Below are positions 37,657-46,721 of a DNA stretch of 64,000 nucleotides, one piece after another. How positions within the stretch are numbered: the first letter of the stretch is position 1; each line of letters starts with the position of its first letter. The position numbers were made by a program, and so were the translations under genes. The notes under the pieces were generated by a model, which did no database searches, was not told the origin of the DNA, and was given only the letters and a program-made list of their open reading frames with translations. Origin of the DNA: Hyphomicrobiales bacterium (GTDB taxonomy: Bacteria; Pseudomonadota; Alphaproteobacteria; Rhizobiales; Aestuariivirgaceae); NCBI GenBank assembly GCA_016185245.1, contig JACPNZ010000050.1, positions 56,733 through 120,732 on the forward strand. Direction: 5' to 3'.

Positions 37657-39090
37657 ATGACCGCGATAACGAAACTGAAAGGCTTCGCGACAGCCGCAAG
37701 CTTCGCAACCGTGCTGATGGTAGGCGGCGCCACTTATGCGGCCGCCGAGGAGGTGGTGCTGCGCATGGCAGTACCCGACTGGCCTCCGACGCGCATCATG
37801 AAGAAGTTCTTCGACGAACAGTACAAACCGCCGTCCGGCAACAAGGTGACACTCGACGTCGACTTCATTCCCTGGCCCGACTTCTACACCCGGGTGAACG
37901 CCTCGCTGACATCGGGTGAACAGAAGTACAACATGTCGGTGTCCGACTCGCAGTGGCTCGGGGCATTCGTGGAGGGTGGCTACTTCCGGAAGGTAAACGA
38001 CATCATCGACGCTGATCCCGCGCTCAAGGCGACGATGGCCGAGATCCACCCGGCCTTCTATAACGCCTATTCGACTTATCCCTACACTTCGTCGAACATC
38101 TACGGCTTCCCGCAGTTCCCCGACGTGCTGGTGACCTATGCCCGCAAGGACGTGATCTGCAACGATGAAGAGCAGGCCGCCTTCAAGGCCAAATACAATG
38201 AGAAATTGCCGTGCACCGGCGAAGAACTCGACAACATGGACTGGGGTACATTCCAGAAGGTCGGCGAATTCTTCATGCGCAAGAAGGGCGACAAGCTCGC
38301 CGGTCAAGTGCTGGATGATGATTTTTATGGAATCGCTTATCAAGCCGGCAAGGGCTACGACTTCTCGTCCATGCAGATCAACGGCTTCATCTGGCAATAT
38401 GGCGCGAACATCTGGGACGAGACCAAGATACCCGACGGTCAAGCCGAGGGCGTAGTGAACTCGCCTCTAGCAGTGAAGGCTCTCGACCACTATCTGAGCC
38501 TGCTCAAGTACATGCCGCCGGTGGCCAAGACCGGCACCATGGACATCTTCAAGTCGGACGAGTTGTTCCGCGAAGGCAAGCTAGCCATGAATATCGACTG
38601 GATCGGTCTGGGCGAAGCCTCGCTCGATCCCAAGACCTCCAAGGTCTCCGACAAGCTGGTGTTCGGCATGACGCCCGGCCTGCGCGGCGCCGATGGCAAG
38701 CTCATCCGCTGGAACAACCTCGGCGGTCAGCCCTTCGTGCTGATGACCTGGAACACGGATCTGCAGAACAAGGAAGCCATGGACTTCGTGAAGTGGTGGC
38801 TGTCGCCGGCGATCCAGAACCAGTTCGCGGCGGGTGGCGGACAATCGGCGGTCAAGTCGGTCTACACCGATCCGAAATACGTGACCTATCGTCCGTGGAA
38901 CCGGGCCTGGGCCGCGTCGCTCGACTGGCAGAAGGACGTCTGGCATGTGCCGCAGTTCTTCGAACTGCTTACCCAGCAGCAGGATCAGTTCGACCTTGCC
39001 ATCACCGGCAAGCAGGACGCCAAGACCACGCTTGATAACATCGCCAAGTTCCAGCAGGACCTCCTGAAGAACGCTGGCCTGATAAAGTAA
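37657..39090 (+). CDS. ABC transporter extracellular solute-binding protein (family 1)
   Basis: 477 aa with a Sec signal (ATAASFATVLMVGGATYAAA) and GGGAGG SD. Confidence 0.9.
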   Translation: MTAITKLKGFATAASFATVLMVGGATYAAAEEVVLRMAVPDWPPTRIMKKFFDEQYKPPSGNKVTLDVDFIPWPDFYTRVNASLTSGEQKYNMSVSDSQWLGAFVEGGYFRKVNDIIDADPALKATMAEIHPAFYNAYSTYPYTSSNIYGFPQFPDVLVTYARKDVICNDEEQAAFKAKYNEKLPCTGEELDNMDWGTFQKVGEFFMRKKGDKLAGQVLDDDFYGIAYQAGKGYDFSSMQINGFIWQYGANIWDETKIPDGQAEGVVNSPLAVKALDHYLSLLKYMPPVAKTGTMDIFKSDELFREGKLAMNIDWIGLGEASLDPKTSKVSDKLVFGMTPGLRGADGKLIRWNNLGGQPFVLMTWNTDLQNKEAMDFVKWWLSPAIQNQFAAGGGQSAVKSVYTDPKYVTYRPWNRAWAASLDWQKDVWHVPQFFELLTQQQDQFDLAITGKQDAKTTLDNIAKFQQDLLKNAGLIK

Positions 39091-39106
39091 GCGGTTTGCA
39101 AGAACC

Positions 39107-39138
39107 GGAGGCGCGCGAGGCAAGCTTCGCGCGTCTCC
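39107..39138 (+). terminator. Intercistronic stem-loop after the binding-protein gene
   Basis: GGAGGCGCGCGA / TCGCGCGTCTCC forms a 12-bp stem with 1 mismatch and an 8-nt loop. No U-tract follows. Confidence 0.5.
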
Positions 39139-39166
39139 ACTGTCTGATTGTCTCGCAGAAACGCAC

Positions 39167-40231
39167 ATGAACAGCATTGCCGCACAACGGCCCATCCCCG
39201 CCCTAATGGCGCCGGCGCCCGACAACTGGAAGCTTGCGGCGATCGCCGGCGTTGCCGTCTCGGCGGTGGCGATTGCTGCCTTGCCCGCTGCCGCCTCGTT
39301 CTGGATCACCGGCGCCATGGTGGCCATGGTTGCCGCCAGTTTCGTCGTCAACGCCTATCGCCGTCACTATTTCGGCGGGCTTCTCGTTTCACCGGCCATC
39401 GCCGTGCTGTTCGTCATGAACATCTTTCCGCTGCTATGGTCGTTGGGCCTCTCCTTCTTTGCCTACCAGTCGAACCAGCAGACCATTCGCTTCATCGGAC
39501 TCGGCAACTACCAGAAACTGCTGACCGACAATCTGAAGGCGCCCGAATTGTGGGCCAATTTGACCAATACGGCGATGTTCGTGGTGCTGACGGTGATCGC
39601 CCAGATGGTCACCGGCTTTCTGCTGGCGTTGCTGTTCGCCAAGCAATTTCCTCTGCGCAAGTATCTTCTGATCCTGGTGCTGACGCCGATGATGCTGTCG
39701 GTCGTGGCGGTAGGCGTGTTCTTTTCGTACTATTACGATCCGACCTTCGGCATTCTCAGCTACGTGATCAAGGCGATGACCGGCGGCGAGCAATTCATCC
39801 TGATGTCGAACAAGACCGGCGCCGTCGCCGGCATTGTCTTCGCCGACGCCTGGATGTGGTCGCCCTTCGTCATGCTGCTGGTACTGGCCGGCCTCGTCTC
39901 GGTTCCCAAATATCTCTACGAGGCCGCCGCCATCGATCGCGTTTCGGCGTGGCGGAAATTTTTGACCATCACCTTTCCCTATATCCGCGGCCTCCTCATG
40001 CTGGCGCTCCTGTTCCGCACCATCGAGGCCTTTAAGATGGCCGATTTGGTGATTCTGCTCACCAAGGGCGGCAACGGCACCATGACCATCTCCTATCACG
40101 TCATCCGCATCGCCAACGAACAGAACAAGACCAGCGAGGGCGCGGCACTGTCTTACCTGCTGCTGTTCGTCGTCATCGTGCTCACCAACCTCTATCTCTA
40201 TCTCGCCAACCGGCGCGCCAAGGGGAGCTGA
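39167..40231 (+). CDS. ABC transporter permease (MalF-like) with N-terminal extension
   Basis: 354 aa polytopic protein with an EAA loop (LYEAAAIDRVSAW). About 60 extra N-terminal residues carry additional hydrophobic segments. Confidence 0.85.
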   Translation: MNSIAAQRPIPALMAPAPDNWKLAAIAGVAVSAVAIAALPAAASFWITGAMVAMVAASFVVNAYRRHYFGGLLVSPAIAVLFVMNIFPLLWSLGLSFFAYQSNQQTIRFIGLGNYQKLLTDNLKAPELWANLTNTAMFVVLTVIAQMVTGFLLALLFAKQFPLRKYLLILVLTPMMLSVVAVGVFFSYYYDPTFGILSYVIKAMTGGEQFILMSNKTGAVAGIVFADAWMWSPFVMLLVLAGLVSVPKYLYEAAAIDRVSAWRKFLTITFPYIRGLLMLALLFRTIEAFKMADLVILLTKGGNGTMTISYHVIRIANEQNKTSEGAALSYLLLFVVIVLTNLYLYLANRRAKGS

Positions 40232-40232
40232 T

Positions 40233-41177
40233 ATGGCCGAGGGCTCATCCATCTGGGAACGGCTCGGCTTCCGCAGGGCGTCGGGGGTCGGCGAGGCCGG
40301 CTGGGGCCATGCCGTCATCGCCGGGCTCATCAGTTTCGTTTACTTCCTGCCGGTGCTGATCATCATCATCACTTCGTTCAAGCTGCAGACCGAGGCCCTG
40401 GCGGTGCCGCCGAAATTCCTCCCCACCAGCTTCTTCGGCCTGATCCCCGATGCCTATGTGTTCACGCCAACGCTGGAAAATTATACTTCGGTGTTCTCGC
40501 GTTCGATGATCACGGGCGCCGCCGCCGAGAATACCGGCTTCGACCGCTATTTCTTCAACTCCATCGTCATCGCCAGCGTGTCGGTTCTGTTGGCCCTGGC
40601 TATCGGCACACTCGCCGCCTACGGCTTCTCGCGCTATCCGCTGAAGGGCAACGACACCTATCTGTTCGTCATCCTGACCACCCGCATGCTGCCGGCCATC
40701 GTCGTCATCATTCCGGTGATCCTGATGTTCCGTGCCGCCGGACTCTCCGGCTCCTATGTCGGCATCATCCTGCTTTACACCGCCTTCAATCTGCCCTTCA
40801 CCATCTGGATGATGAAGAGTTTCTTCGACGAGCTGTCACCCGATGTCGAGGACGCGGCCCGCCTCGACGGATCGTCGGAAGCGGCGGTGTTCTTCAAGGT
40901 CTGCCTGCCGCAGGTGGTCGCCGGCCTCGCCGCCACCTTCGTGTTCGGCCTGATCCTCACCTGGAACGAGTTCCTCTTCGCCCTGCTGCTGACCGGCGTC
41001 GACACCCGCACCGTGCCGGTCGGCATGAACCAGGCAGTGGCCGGCGGCGGCATCGGCGTGTTGTGGGGACTGCTGGCGGCAATCGAAACCCTGTTTCTCA
41101 TCCCCGTCTTCCTGGTCACCTTCTTCCTGCAGAACCATCTGCTGCGCGGCGTGACCTTCGGAACCGTGAAGCGCTGA
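40233..41177 (+). CDS. ABC transporter permease (MalG-like)
   Basis: 314 aa polytopic protein with an EAA loop (VEDAARLDGSSEA). Confidence 0.9.
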   Translation: MAEGSSIWERLGFRRASGVGEAGWGHAVIAGLISFVYFLPVLIIIITSFKLQTEALAVPPKFLPTSFFGLIPDAYVFTPTLENYTSVFSRSMITGAAAENTGFDRYFFNSIVIASVSVLLALAIGTLAAYGFSRYPLKGNDTYLFVILTTRMLPAIVVIIPVILMFRAAGLSGSYVGIILLYTAFNLPFTIWMMKSFFDELSPDVEDAARLDGSSEAAVFFKVCLPQVVAGLAATFVFGLILTWNEFLFALLLTGVDTRTVPVGMNQAVAGGGIGVLWGLLAAIETLFLIPVFLVTFFLQNHLLRGVTFGTVKR

Positions 41178-41178
41178 C

Positions 41179-42267
41179 ATGTCGACCATCGAAGTCAAGA
41201 AGATCACCAAGAAGTTCGGCGACTTCGTCGCGGTGCGCGATGCCGATTTGACGGTGGCGGCGGGCGAGGTCGTTTGCCTGCTCGGGCCATCGGGTTGCGG
41301 CAAGACCACGACGCTCCGCATGATCGCCGGCCTCGAGCGCGCCACCGCCGGCGACATCGTCATCGCCGGCCGGCGGATGAACGAGTTGCCGCCGGAGAAG
41401 CGCGACATCGCCATGGTGTTCCAGTTCTATGCGCTGTATCCAGCCCTGACCGTCGGCCAGAACATCGCCATGCCGCTGCACTATGAGAAGCTGGCCAAGA
41501 CCGACGCTGACAAGAGGGTGCGCAAGGTCGCCGAAATCCTGCACCTGACCGACGTTCTCGACCGCATGCCGGGGCAGGTGTCGGAGGGCGAGAAGCAGCG
41601 CGTCGCGGTGGCCCGCGCCATCGTGCGCGATCCCAACTGCTTCCTGTTCGACGAGCCCCTGTCGCGGCTCGATGTGGAACTCCGCCATTCCATGCGCGGC
41701 CAGATCAAGGAAGTGCTGTCGGGACTGTCCAAGGCGACGGTGATCGTCACCCACGACCAGCTCGAGGCCCTGACCATGGCTGATCGGATCGCCATCATGC
41801 GCGACGGGCTGATCGAGCAGGTGGGAACGCCGCACGAGGTATTCGCCCGGCCGGCCAACGTCTTCGTGGCGAGCTTCATCGGCACGCCGCAGATGAACCT
41901 GATCGAGGCCGAGCTGACGGGTTTCGCCGACGGCAAGGCCGAGGTCGTGCTGGCCGGCAATGCGGTGGCGCTTCGCACCGATCCGGCGGTGGGCCGCCTG
42001 GCGGCCGGCAAGGTGACGGTCGGCATCCGGCCGCGCGCCTTCGCGACAACGCCGGCGGCGAGCCACGACACCATTCCAGCCCAGGCCGAACTCATCGAGC
42101 CCATGGGGGCCGAAACCCTGATCCACGCCCGCACCGCGGCAGGAGGCGATATCCGCGTGGTGGTGCCGCGCGGACAAAGAGTGAAGATCGGCGAAGCTCT
42201 GCACCTGAGGCCCGATCCGCGGCAGACCCATGTGTTCGACGGCGCCGGCAAGGCGGTGCGCGCATGA
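41179..42267 (+). CDS. CUT1-type ABC ATP-binding protein with degenerate signature motif
   Basis: Walker A GPSGCGKTT, Walker B FLFDEP and H-loop VIVTHDQLEA are consensus. The signature reads VSEGEKQRVA instead of LSGGQ. Confidence 0.9.
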   Translation: MSTIEVKKITKKFGDFVAVRDADLTVAAGEVVCLLGPSGCGKTTTLRMIAGLERATAGDIVIAGRRMNELPPEKRDIAMVFQFYALYPALTVGQNIAMPLHYEKLAKTDADKRVRKVAEILHLTDVLDRMPGQVSEGEKQRVAVARAIVRDPNCFLFDEPLSRLDVELRHSMRGQIKEVLSGLSKATVIVTHDQLEALTMADRIAIMRDGLIEQVGTPHEVFARPANVFVASFIGTPQMNLIEAELTGFADGKAEVVLAGNAVALRTDPAVGRLAAGKVTVGIRPRAFATTPAASHDTIPAQAELIEPMGAETLIHARTAAGGDIRVVVPRGQRVKIGEALHLRPDPRQTHVFDGAGKAVRA

Positions 42268-42710
42268 GTGGCAATGATGACGGCGGTATGACGGCGGCCG
42301 GGGCCCTGCGTCTCGAGGCCTTCGTCATCGGCCTCGGCCTCCTGGCGCTGGTGCTGATCTTTCAGCCGTTCAGCATCACGCTCTTTGCCATCGGCAGCGG
42401 GCTCGTTGTGCTGGCGGGCCTGGTCAACAATCTGCTGCCGCTGGCCCAGCCGGGGGTGCGGGTGCGCACGGTAGTGACCGTCGCCCTGGTGGTGGCGATG
42501 ATCTTTTGCATCGTGCTGCTGGTCTCTCTCACCGCAGCTCACCTTTACGGCGTGTTCTTTCTCAAGCCGCCCGATCCCAATACCGCCTCCGGCAAGGCCA
42601 TGCTGGCGACAAAGCCCTACTATCTGCAGCCGTTTGTCTGGAGCATCGCGGCGGTTGCGGCAATCCTCGCCCTGGCCGTCGCGGCGCTCTCCCGCAGGAA
42701 CGGGCCATGA
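42264..42710 (+). CDS. Small hydrophobic protein (148 aa, about 4 predicted TM segments), unknown function
   Basis: ATGA overlaps at both ends, with the ATPase stop and with the SDR start. Four long hydrophobic stretches. Confidence 0.6.
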   Translation: MSGNDDGGMTAAGALRLEAFVIGLGLLALVLIFQPFSITLFAIGSGLVVLAGLVNNLLPLAQPGVRVRTVVTVALVVAMIFCIVLLVSLTAAHLYGVFFLKPPDPNTASGKAMLATKPYYLQPFVWSIAAVAAILALAVAALSRRNGP

Positions 42711-43399
42711 GATTTTCCGGCAAACGCGCCGTCGTCACCGGCGGCATATCGGGGATCGGCGCGGCGGTTGCCAAACGGATCGCCGCAGAAGGCGGCAAGG
42801 TCGCAGTCTGGGATACCAATGGCGGCATCGTCACCGATATCTCGGATTATGCGTCGGTCGAGCGCGCCGTCGCCGAGACCGTGAGGCAACTGGGCGGCAT
42901 CGACATCCTGGTGAACAGCGCCGGCATCACCGGCCCCACCGTGCCGCTTGCCGAGTTTCCCATCGATGGCTGGAACCGGGTGTTCGCCATCAATGTCAAC
43001 GGCACCTTCTTCACCAACCGTGCCGTGCTGCCGCACATGCTGGCGCAGAACTACGGCCGTATCGTCAACATCGCCTCGATCGCCGGCAAGGAAGGTAACC
43101 CCAATGCCTCCGCTTACTCGGCTTCCAAGGCCGCCGTCATCGGCCTCACCAAATCGCTGGCCAAGGAACTGGCCAAGTCCAACATCACCGTCAATGCGGT
43201 AACCCCGGCGGCGGTGAAGACGGCGATCTTCGACCAGATGCCGCAGAGCCACATCGACTTTATGCTGTCGAAGATCCCCAAGGGCCGCTTCGGCACGGTC
43301 GACGAGGTGGCCAGCCTGGTGTGCTGGTTGGCCAGCGAGGAGTGCTCGTTCTCGACCGGTGCGGTGTTCGACATTTCCGGCGGCCGGGCAACCTATTAG
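42707..43399 (+). CDS. Short-chain dehydrogenase/reductase (SDR)
   Basis: 230 aa starting MRFSGKRAVVTGGISGIGAAVA, with NSAG and YSASKAA catalytic motifs. The track ORF start at 42506 is an over-extension. Confidence 0.9.
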   Translation: MRFSGKRAVVTGGISGIGAAVAKRIAAEGGKVAVWDTNGGIVTDISDYASVERAVAETVRQLGGIDILVNSAGITGPTVPLAEFPIDGWNRVFAINVNGTFFTNRAVLPHMLAQNYGRIVNIASIAGKEGNPNASAYSASKAAVIGLTKSLAKELAKSNITVNAVTPAAVKTAIFDQMPQSHIDFMLSKIPKGRFGTVDEVASLVCWLASEECSFSTGAVFDISGGRATY

Positions 43400-43410
43400 G
43401 GAGTCTCGCC

Positions 43411-43740
43411 ATGCAACGCATGGGCCACGTCATCAGCCTCGAGCCTTCCGTCATCGCCGAATACAAGCGCATCCACCGTGCCGTCTGGCCGGAAATCCTC
43501 AGGGCCATTGCGGATTCGAACATCCGCAACTACACCATCTTCCTTAGGGAGCCGGAAAACCTGCTCTTCGCCTATTGGGAGTATCACGGCAGCGACTATG
43601 CCGCCGACATGGCGAGGATCAGACAAGCTCCCCGCATGCAAGAATGGTGGAACATCACCGACCCGATGCAGAAGCCCTTCGCCACCCGCCAACCCGGCGA
43701 ATGGTGGGCCTCCATGGAAGACGTATTCCACACCGACTGA
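43411..43740 (+). CDS. rhaM: L-rhamnose mutarotase family protein
   Basis: 109 aa. EYKRIHRAVWPEIL, NYTIFL and NLLFAYWEY blocks match the RhaM/YiiL pattern. AGGGAG SD. Confidence 0.8.
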   Translation: MQRMGHVISLEPSVIAEYKRIHRAVWPEILRAIADSNIRNYTIFLREPENLLFAYWEYHGSDYAADMARIRQAPRMQEWWNITDPMQKPFATRQPGEWWASMEDVFHTD

Positions 43741-43748
43741 CGGCGGCC

Positions 43749-44672
43749 TTACTTCTTCGCGAAGAAATTCTGTTCGAGCTCGGCGAAGGCCCGTTGATAG
43801 ACGTTTTCCTCGGTGCGCGGCATGAGTGTCAGATCCTCGTGGGGGCTCGCCACCCAGTCGCCGGTCCACACTCCGAAGGTGGTGTTATCGGAGGTGACCG
43901 GCCACAGGCGGGGCCCCGAGACATAGTTGATCCACGGGGTCTCGCATTTGGTGATGCGGTAGGAGAAGGATCGCGTCAGGTCGCAGAGATGCAGCAGTTC
44001 CTCGTTGAGGTGTTCGTCGCCGAAATAGAAGTCGCGGATGCCGGAAACCTTGTCGGAGCGGGCCTTCTTCAGCATGCGCATGCGGGTGATTTCGCCGTGC
44101 CAGGCGCCCATGCCGGCGAAGTCCCGCATGAGCGCCCAGACCTCCTCGACCGGCGCGGCGATCGCCCGCGAAGTCCACACCTTGTTGGGCGCCCAGGCCT
44201 TCCAGCGCATCGCCCCAGCCGGCCGTTTCGGTTTGTCGCGCCGGATGAGAATGGAGAGGTTTTTCCAGTTCTTGGCAAAGACGTCGGTGGAGATGATCTT
44301 CACATACTTGCCTTCATCGCCCGGAACTTCATCAAACGTCGCCTCCCACTCGGCGAAGGTTATGTCAGTATGGGTCACCGGCATCAGCCGCACGGTGGCG
44401 CGATAGTTCTTCACCGGAAAGGCGGGCTTCTCGAAGTTGTAGGTAAAGCTGTGGCGGGCGTCGTCGAGGCTCAGCAGCCGCTCGCGCACATGGCTGCCGT
44501 TTCTGGTGTGAAACGAGCGCACGCAGCCGACGACGTCGGCGTCGAGCCCGCCCTCGATCCTGGAATCGACGATGCCGGGCGCCCAGCGGGGCAACCCGTT
44601 GAAATCGCGAATGAGGCTCCACACCGTTTCGACGGGTGCCTTGATGATGGTACTGGCATAGGCCCGGGCCAT
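43749..44672 (-). CDS. Tandem SRPBCC (Bet v1/polyketide-cyclase-like) ligand-binding-domain protein
   Basis: 307 aa. Two repeats each open with the pattern (I/A)xAPVExVWxLxRDFxG(L/M)xxW. Confidence 0.8.
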   Translation of the reverse strand: MARAYASTIIKAPVETVWSLIRDFNGLPRWAPGIVDSRIEGGLDADVVGCVRSFHTRNGSHVRERLLSLDDARHSFTYNFEKPAFPVKNYRATVRLMPVTHTDITFAEWEATFDEVPGDEGKYVKIISTDVFAKNWKNLSILIRRDKPKRPAGAMRWKAWAPNKVWTSRAIAAPVEEVWALMRDFAGMGAWHGEITRMRMLKKARSDKVSGIRDFYFGDEHLNEELLHLCDLTRSFSYRITKCETPWINYVSGPRLWPVTSDNTTFGVWTGDWVASPHEDLTLMPRTEENVYQRAFAELEQNFFAKK

Positions 44673-44681
44673 CTGGCTCTC

Positions 44682-45512
44682 CTAGAATGAAATGGATTTG
44701 AACGCCTTGGTCTGCTGGGTAAGCGCGGTCTCGGTGGGCAGCCGCTCCATCGAGCTGGCGCCATAGAAGCCATGCACATGGCGGCTGTGCTTCAGGATGT
44801 ACTCGGCATCGGCCGGCGAGGCGATGGGACCGCCATGGCAGATGACGATCACGTCCTTGTTGACCCGCTTGGCCGCTTCCGCCCAGGCGTCGATGAGGGC
44901 CGGGCAATCGGCGAGCTTGACGGCGGTCTCGGCCCCGATGGCGCCGCCGGTGGTGAGGCCCAGGTGCGGCACGATGATATCGGCCCCGGCTCTGGTCATG
45001 GCGACGGCCTCGTCGGCCGAGAACACATAGGGCGTGGTCAGCATGTCGCGGGCATGAGCCCTGGCGATCATGTCGACCTCGAGACTGTAACCCATGCCGG
45101 TTTCCTCGAGGTTCCTGCGGAAGATACCGTCGAACAGCCCGACCGTCGGGAAATTCTGCACGCCGGAAAAACCCATGGCCTTCAGCCGGTCAAGCAGGCC
45201 GTCGATGAGCACGAAGGGATCGGTGCCGTTGACGCCTGCCAGCACCGGCGTGTGGCGGACGACCGGCAGCACCTCGCGCGCCATCTCCTGGACGATGTCG
45301 TTGGCATTGCCATAGGCGAGAAGGCCGGCAAGCGAGCCCCGGCCCGCCATGCGATAGCGGCCGGAATTGTAGATGACGATGAGGTCGATGCCGCCCGCCT
45401 CCTCGCATTTGGCCGAAAGACCGGTGCCGGCGCCGCCGCCGATGATTGGCTGCCTCCGGGCGATCATGCCGCGGAATTTATCGAGCAGGGCCTGGCGTTC
45501 GATTCGCGGCAT
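44682..45512 (-). CDS. Phosphoenolpyruvate-hydrolase-like TIM-barrel protein (Tm-1 C-terminal-domain family)
   Basis: 276 aa starting [16 protein letters not shown] after a GAGG SD. Blocks [35 protein letters not shown] and [13 protein letters not shown] match that family as I remember it. Confidence 0.8.
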   Translation of the reverse strand: MPRIERQALLDKFRGMIARRQPIIGGGAGTGLSAKCEEAGGIDLIVIYNSGRYRMAGRGSLAGLLAYGNANDIVQEMAREVLPVVRHTPVLAGVNGTDPFVLIDGLLDRLKAMGFSGVQNFPTVGLFDGIFRRNLEETGMGYSLEVDMIARAHARDMLTTPYVFSADEAVAMTRAGADIIVPHLGLTTGGAIGAETAVKLADCPALIDAWAEAAKRVNKDVIVICHGGPIASPADAEYILKHSRHVHGFYGASSMERLPTETALTQQTKAFKSISF

Positions 45513-45522
45513 GGAAACCTCG

Positions 45523-46716
45523 TCAGACGATCGATTGAAATTGCCGCACGGCCTCGGCGGCGAAGGCGGGCTCGTTGATATGGGCGTCGACTTCGATGAG
45601 CTTGCGGTTGGGCGCCCTGTTCCAGCCGCCGTGGATCGCCGCGAAGAGGGCGGCATCGGCCTCGGCGTCGTGGAACGGCTGGCCTTCGGCATCGATTGCC
45701 GAAACACCCCTAAGCGGCAGGAGGAATCGAACCGGACCTTCCATCCGGTTGATCCTCTCGACGATCCATTCGCCGATTGCCCGGTTTTCCGCTGGCGTGG
45801 TGCGCATCAGCGTCACCTGCGGGTTGTGGATGTGGAATAGCCGGTCCGAGAATTTTTCCGGCACGCTGTCGCGCGCCCCGAAATTCACCATGTCGATAGC
45901 CCCCACCGAACCCACATAGGGAACCCGGGTGCGAATGACGGCGCCGAAGCGGTCGTCCGTGCAGGCGAGCACGCCACCGCACAGGAAGTCGGCCACTTCC
46001 GTCGTAGTGATGTCGATGACCGAGGTGATGAGCCCGGAATCGACCAGTTTCTCCAGCGACTGTCCACCGGTCCCGGTAGCGTGGAAGACGAAGCATTCGT
46101 GGGTGCCATCGATCAGCTCGCGGATCCGGGTAATGCAGGGCGTGGTCACGCCGAACATGGTGAGACCGACGGCCGGCTTGTCGGAGGGAGCCTCGGCAAC
46201 CGGCAGGCGCACCATGCCGGCGATGGCGTGGGCGGCATTGCCGATCACTTTGCGGGAAATGGCATTAAGGCCCGCCACGTCGGCCACCGCATACATCATG
46301 GCGATGTCGCAGGGTCCCACATAGGGTGCGACGTTGCCGGAGGCGACCGTCGACACCATGAGCTTGGGCAGCCCCACCGGAAGCGCCCGCATCGCCGCCG
46401 TGACGATCGCCGTATTGCCGGAACCGCCGAGGCCGAGAACGCCCGCCACATCGTCCCGCGACAGGAGAAAGTGTCGCAGCGCCACGCCCATGGCGGTGAC
46501 GGCGGCCCCGCGGTCATCGAGCCCCAGAACGGCCCTTTCACCGCCCGGATGAAATCCTGCAACCGTTGCTGCCGAGATATCGGCGCCGGCGCTGTTGCCC
46601 CGGGTCGAGACATCGACCAGCACGGCCGGAACTCCCGCCCGCTCCACCTCCGCCTTGGCGAAGTTCAATTCGTCCCCCTTGGTGTCGCAGGTGCCGACGA
46701 TGTAGACCTGGCCCAC
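45523..46716 (-). CDS. UPF0261 family protein (Tm-1 N-terminal ATP-binding-domain family)
   Basis: The family-typical N-terminus [14 protein letters not shown] has no in-frame ATG nearby. I chose GTG at 46716, 5 nt after the upstream stop (397 aa). The track ORF start at 46911 would overlap the upstream gene. Confidence 0.75.
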   Translation of the reverse strand: MGQVYIVGTCDTKGDELNFAKAEVERAGVPAVLVDVSTRGNSAGADISAATVAGFHPGGERAVLGLDDRGAAVTAMGVALRHFLLSRDDVAGVLGLGGSGNTAIVTAAMRALPVGLPKLMVSTVASGNVAPYVGPCDIAMMYAVADVAGLNAISRKVIGNAAHAIAGMVRLPVAEAPSDKPAVGLTMFGVTTPCITRIRELIDGTHECFVFHATGTGGQSLEKLVDSGLITSVIDITTTEVADFLCGGVLACTDDRFGAVIRTRVPYVGSVGAIDMVNFGARDSVPEKFSDRLFHIHNPQVTLMRTTPAENRAIGEWIVERINRMEGPVRFLLPLRGVSAIDAEGQPFHDAEADAALFAAIHGGWNRAPNRKLIEVDAHINEPAFAAEAVRQFQSIV

Positions 46717-46721
46717 GGTGC

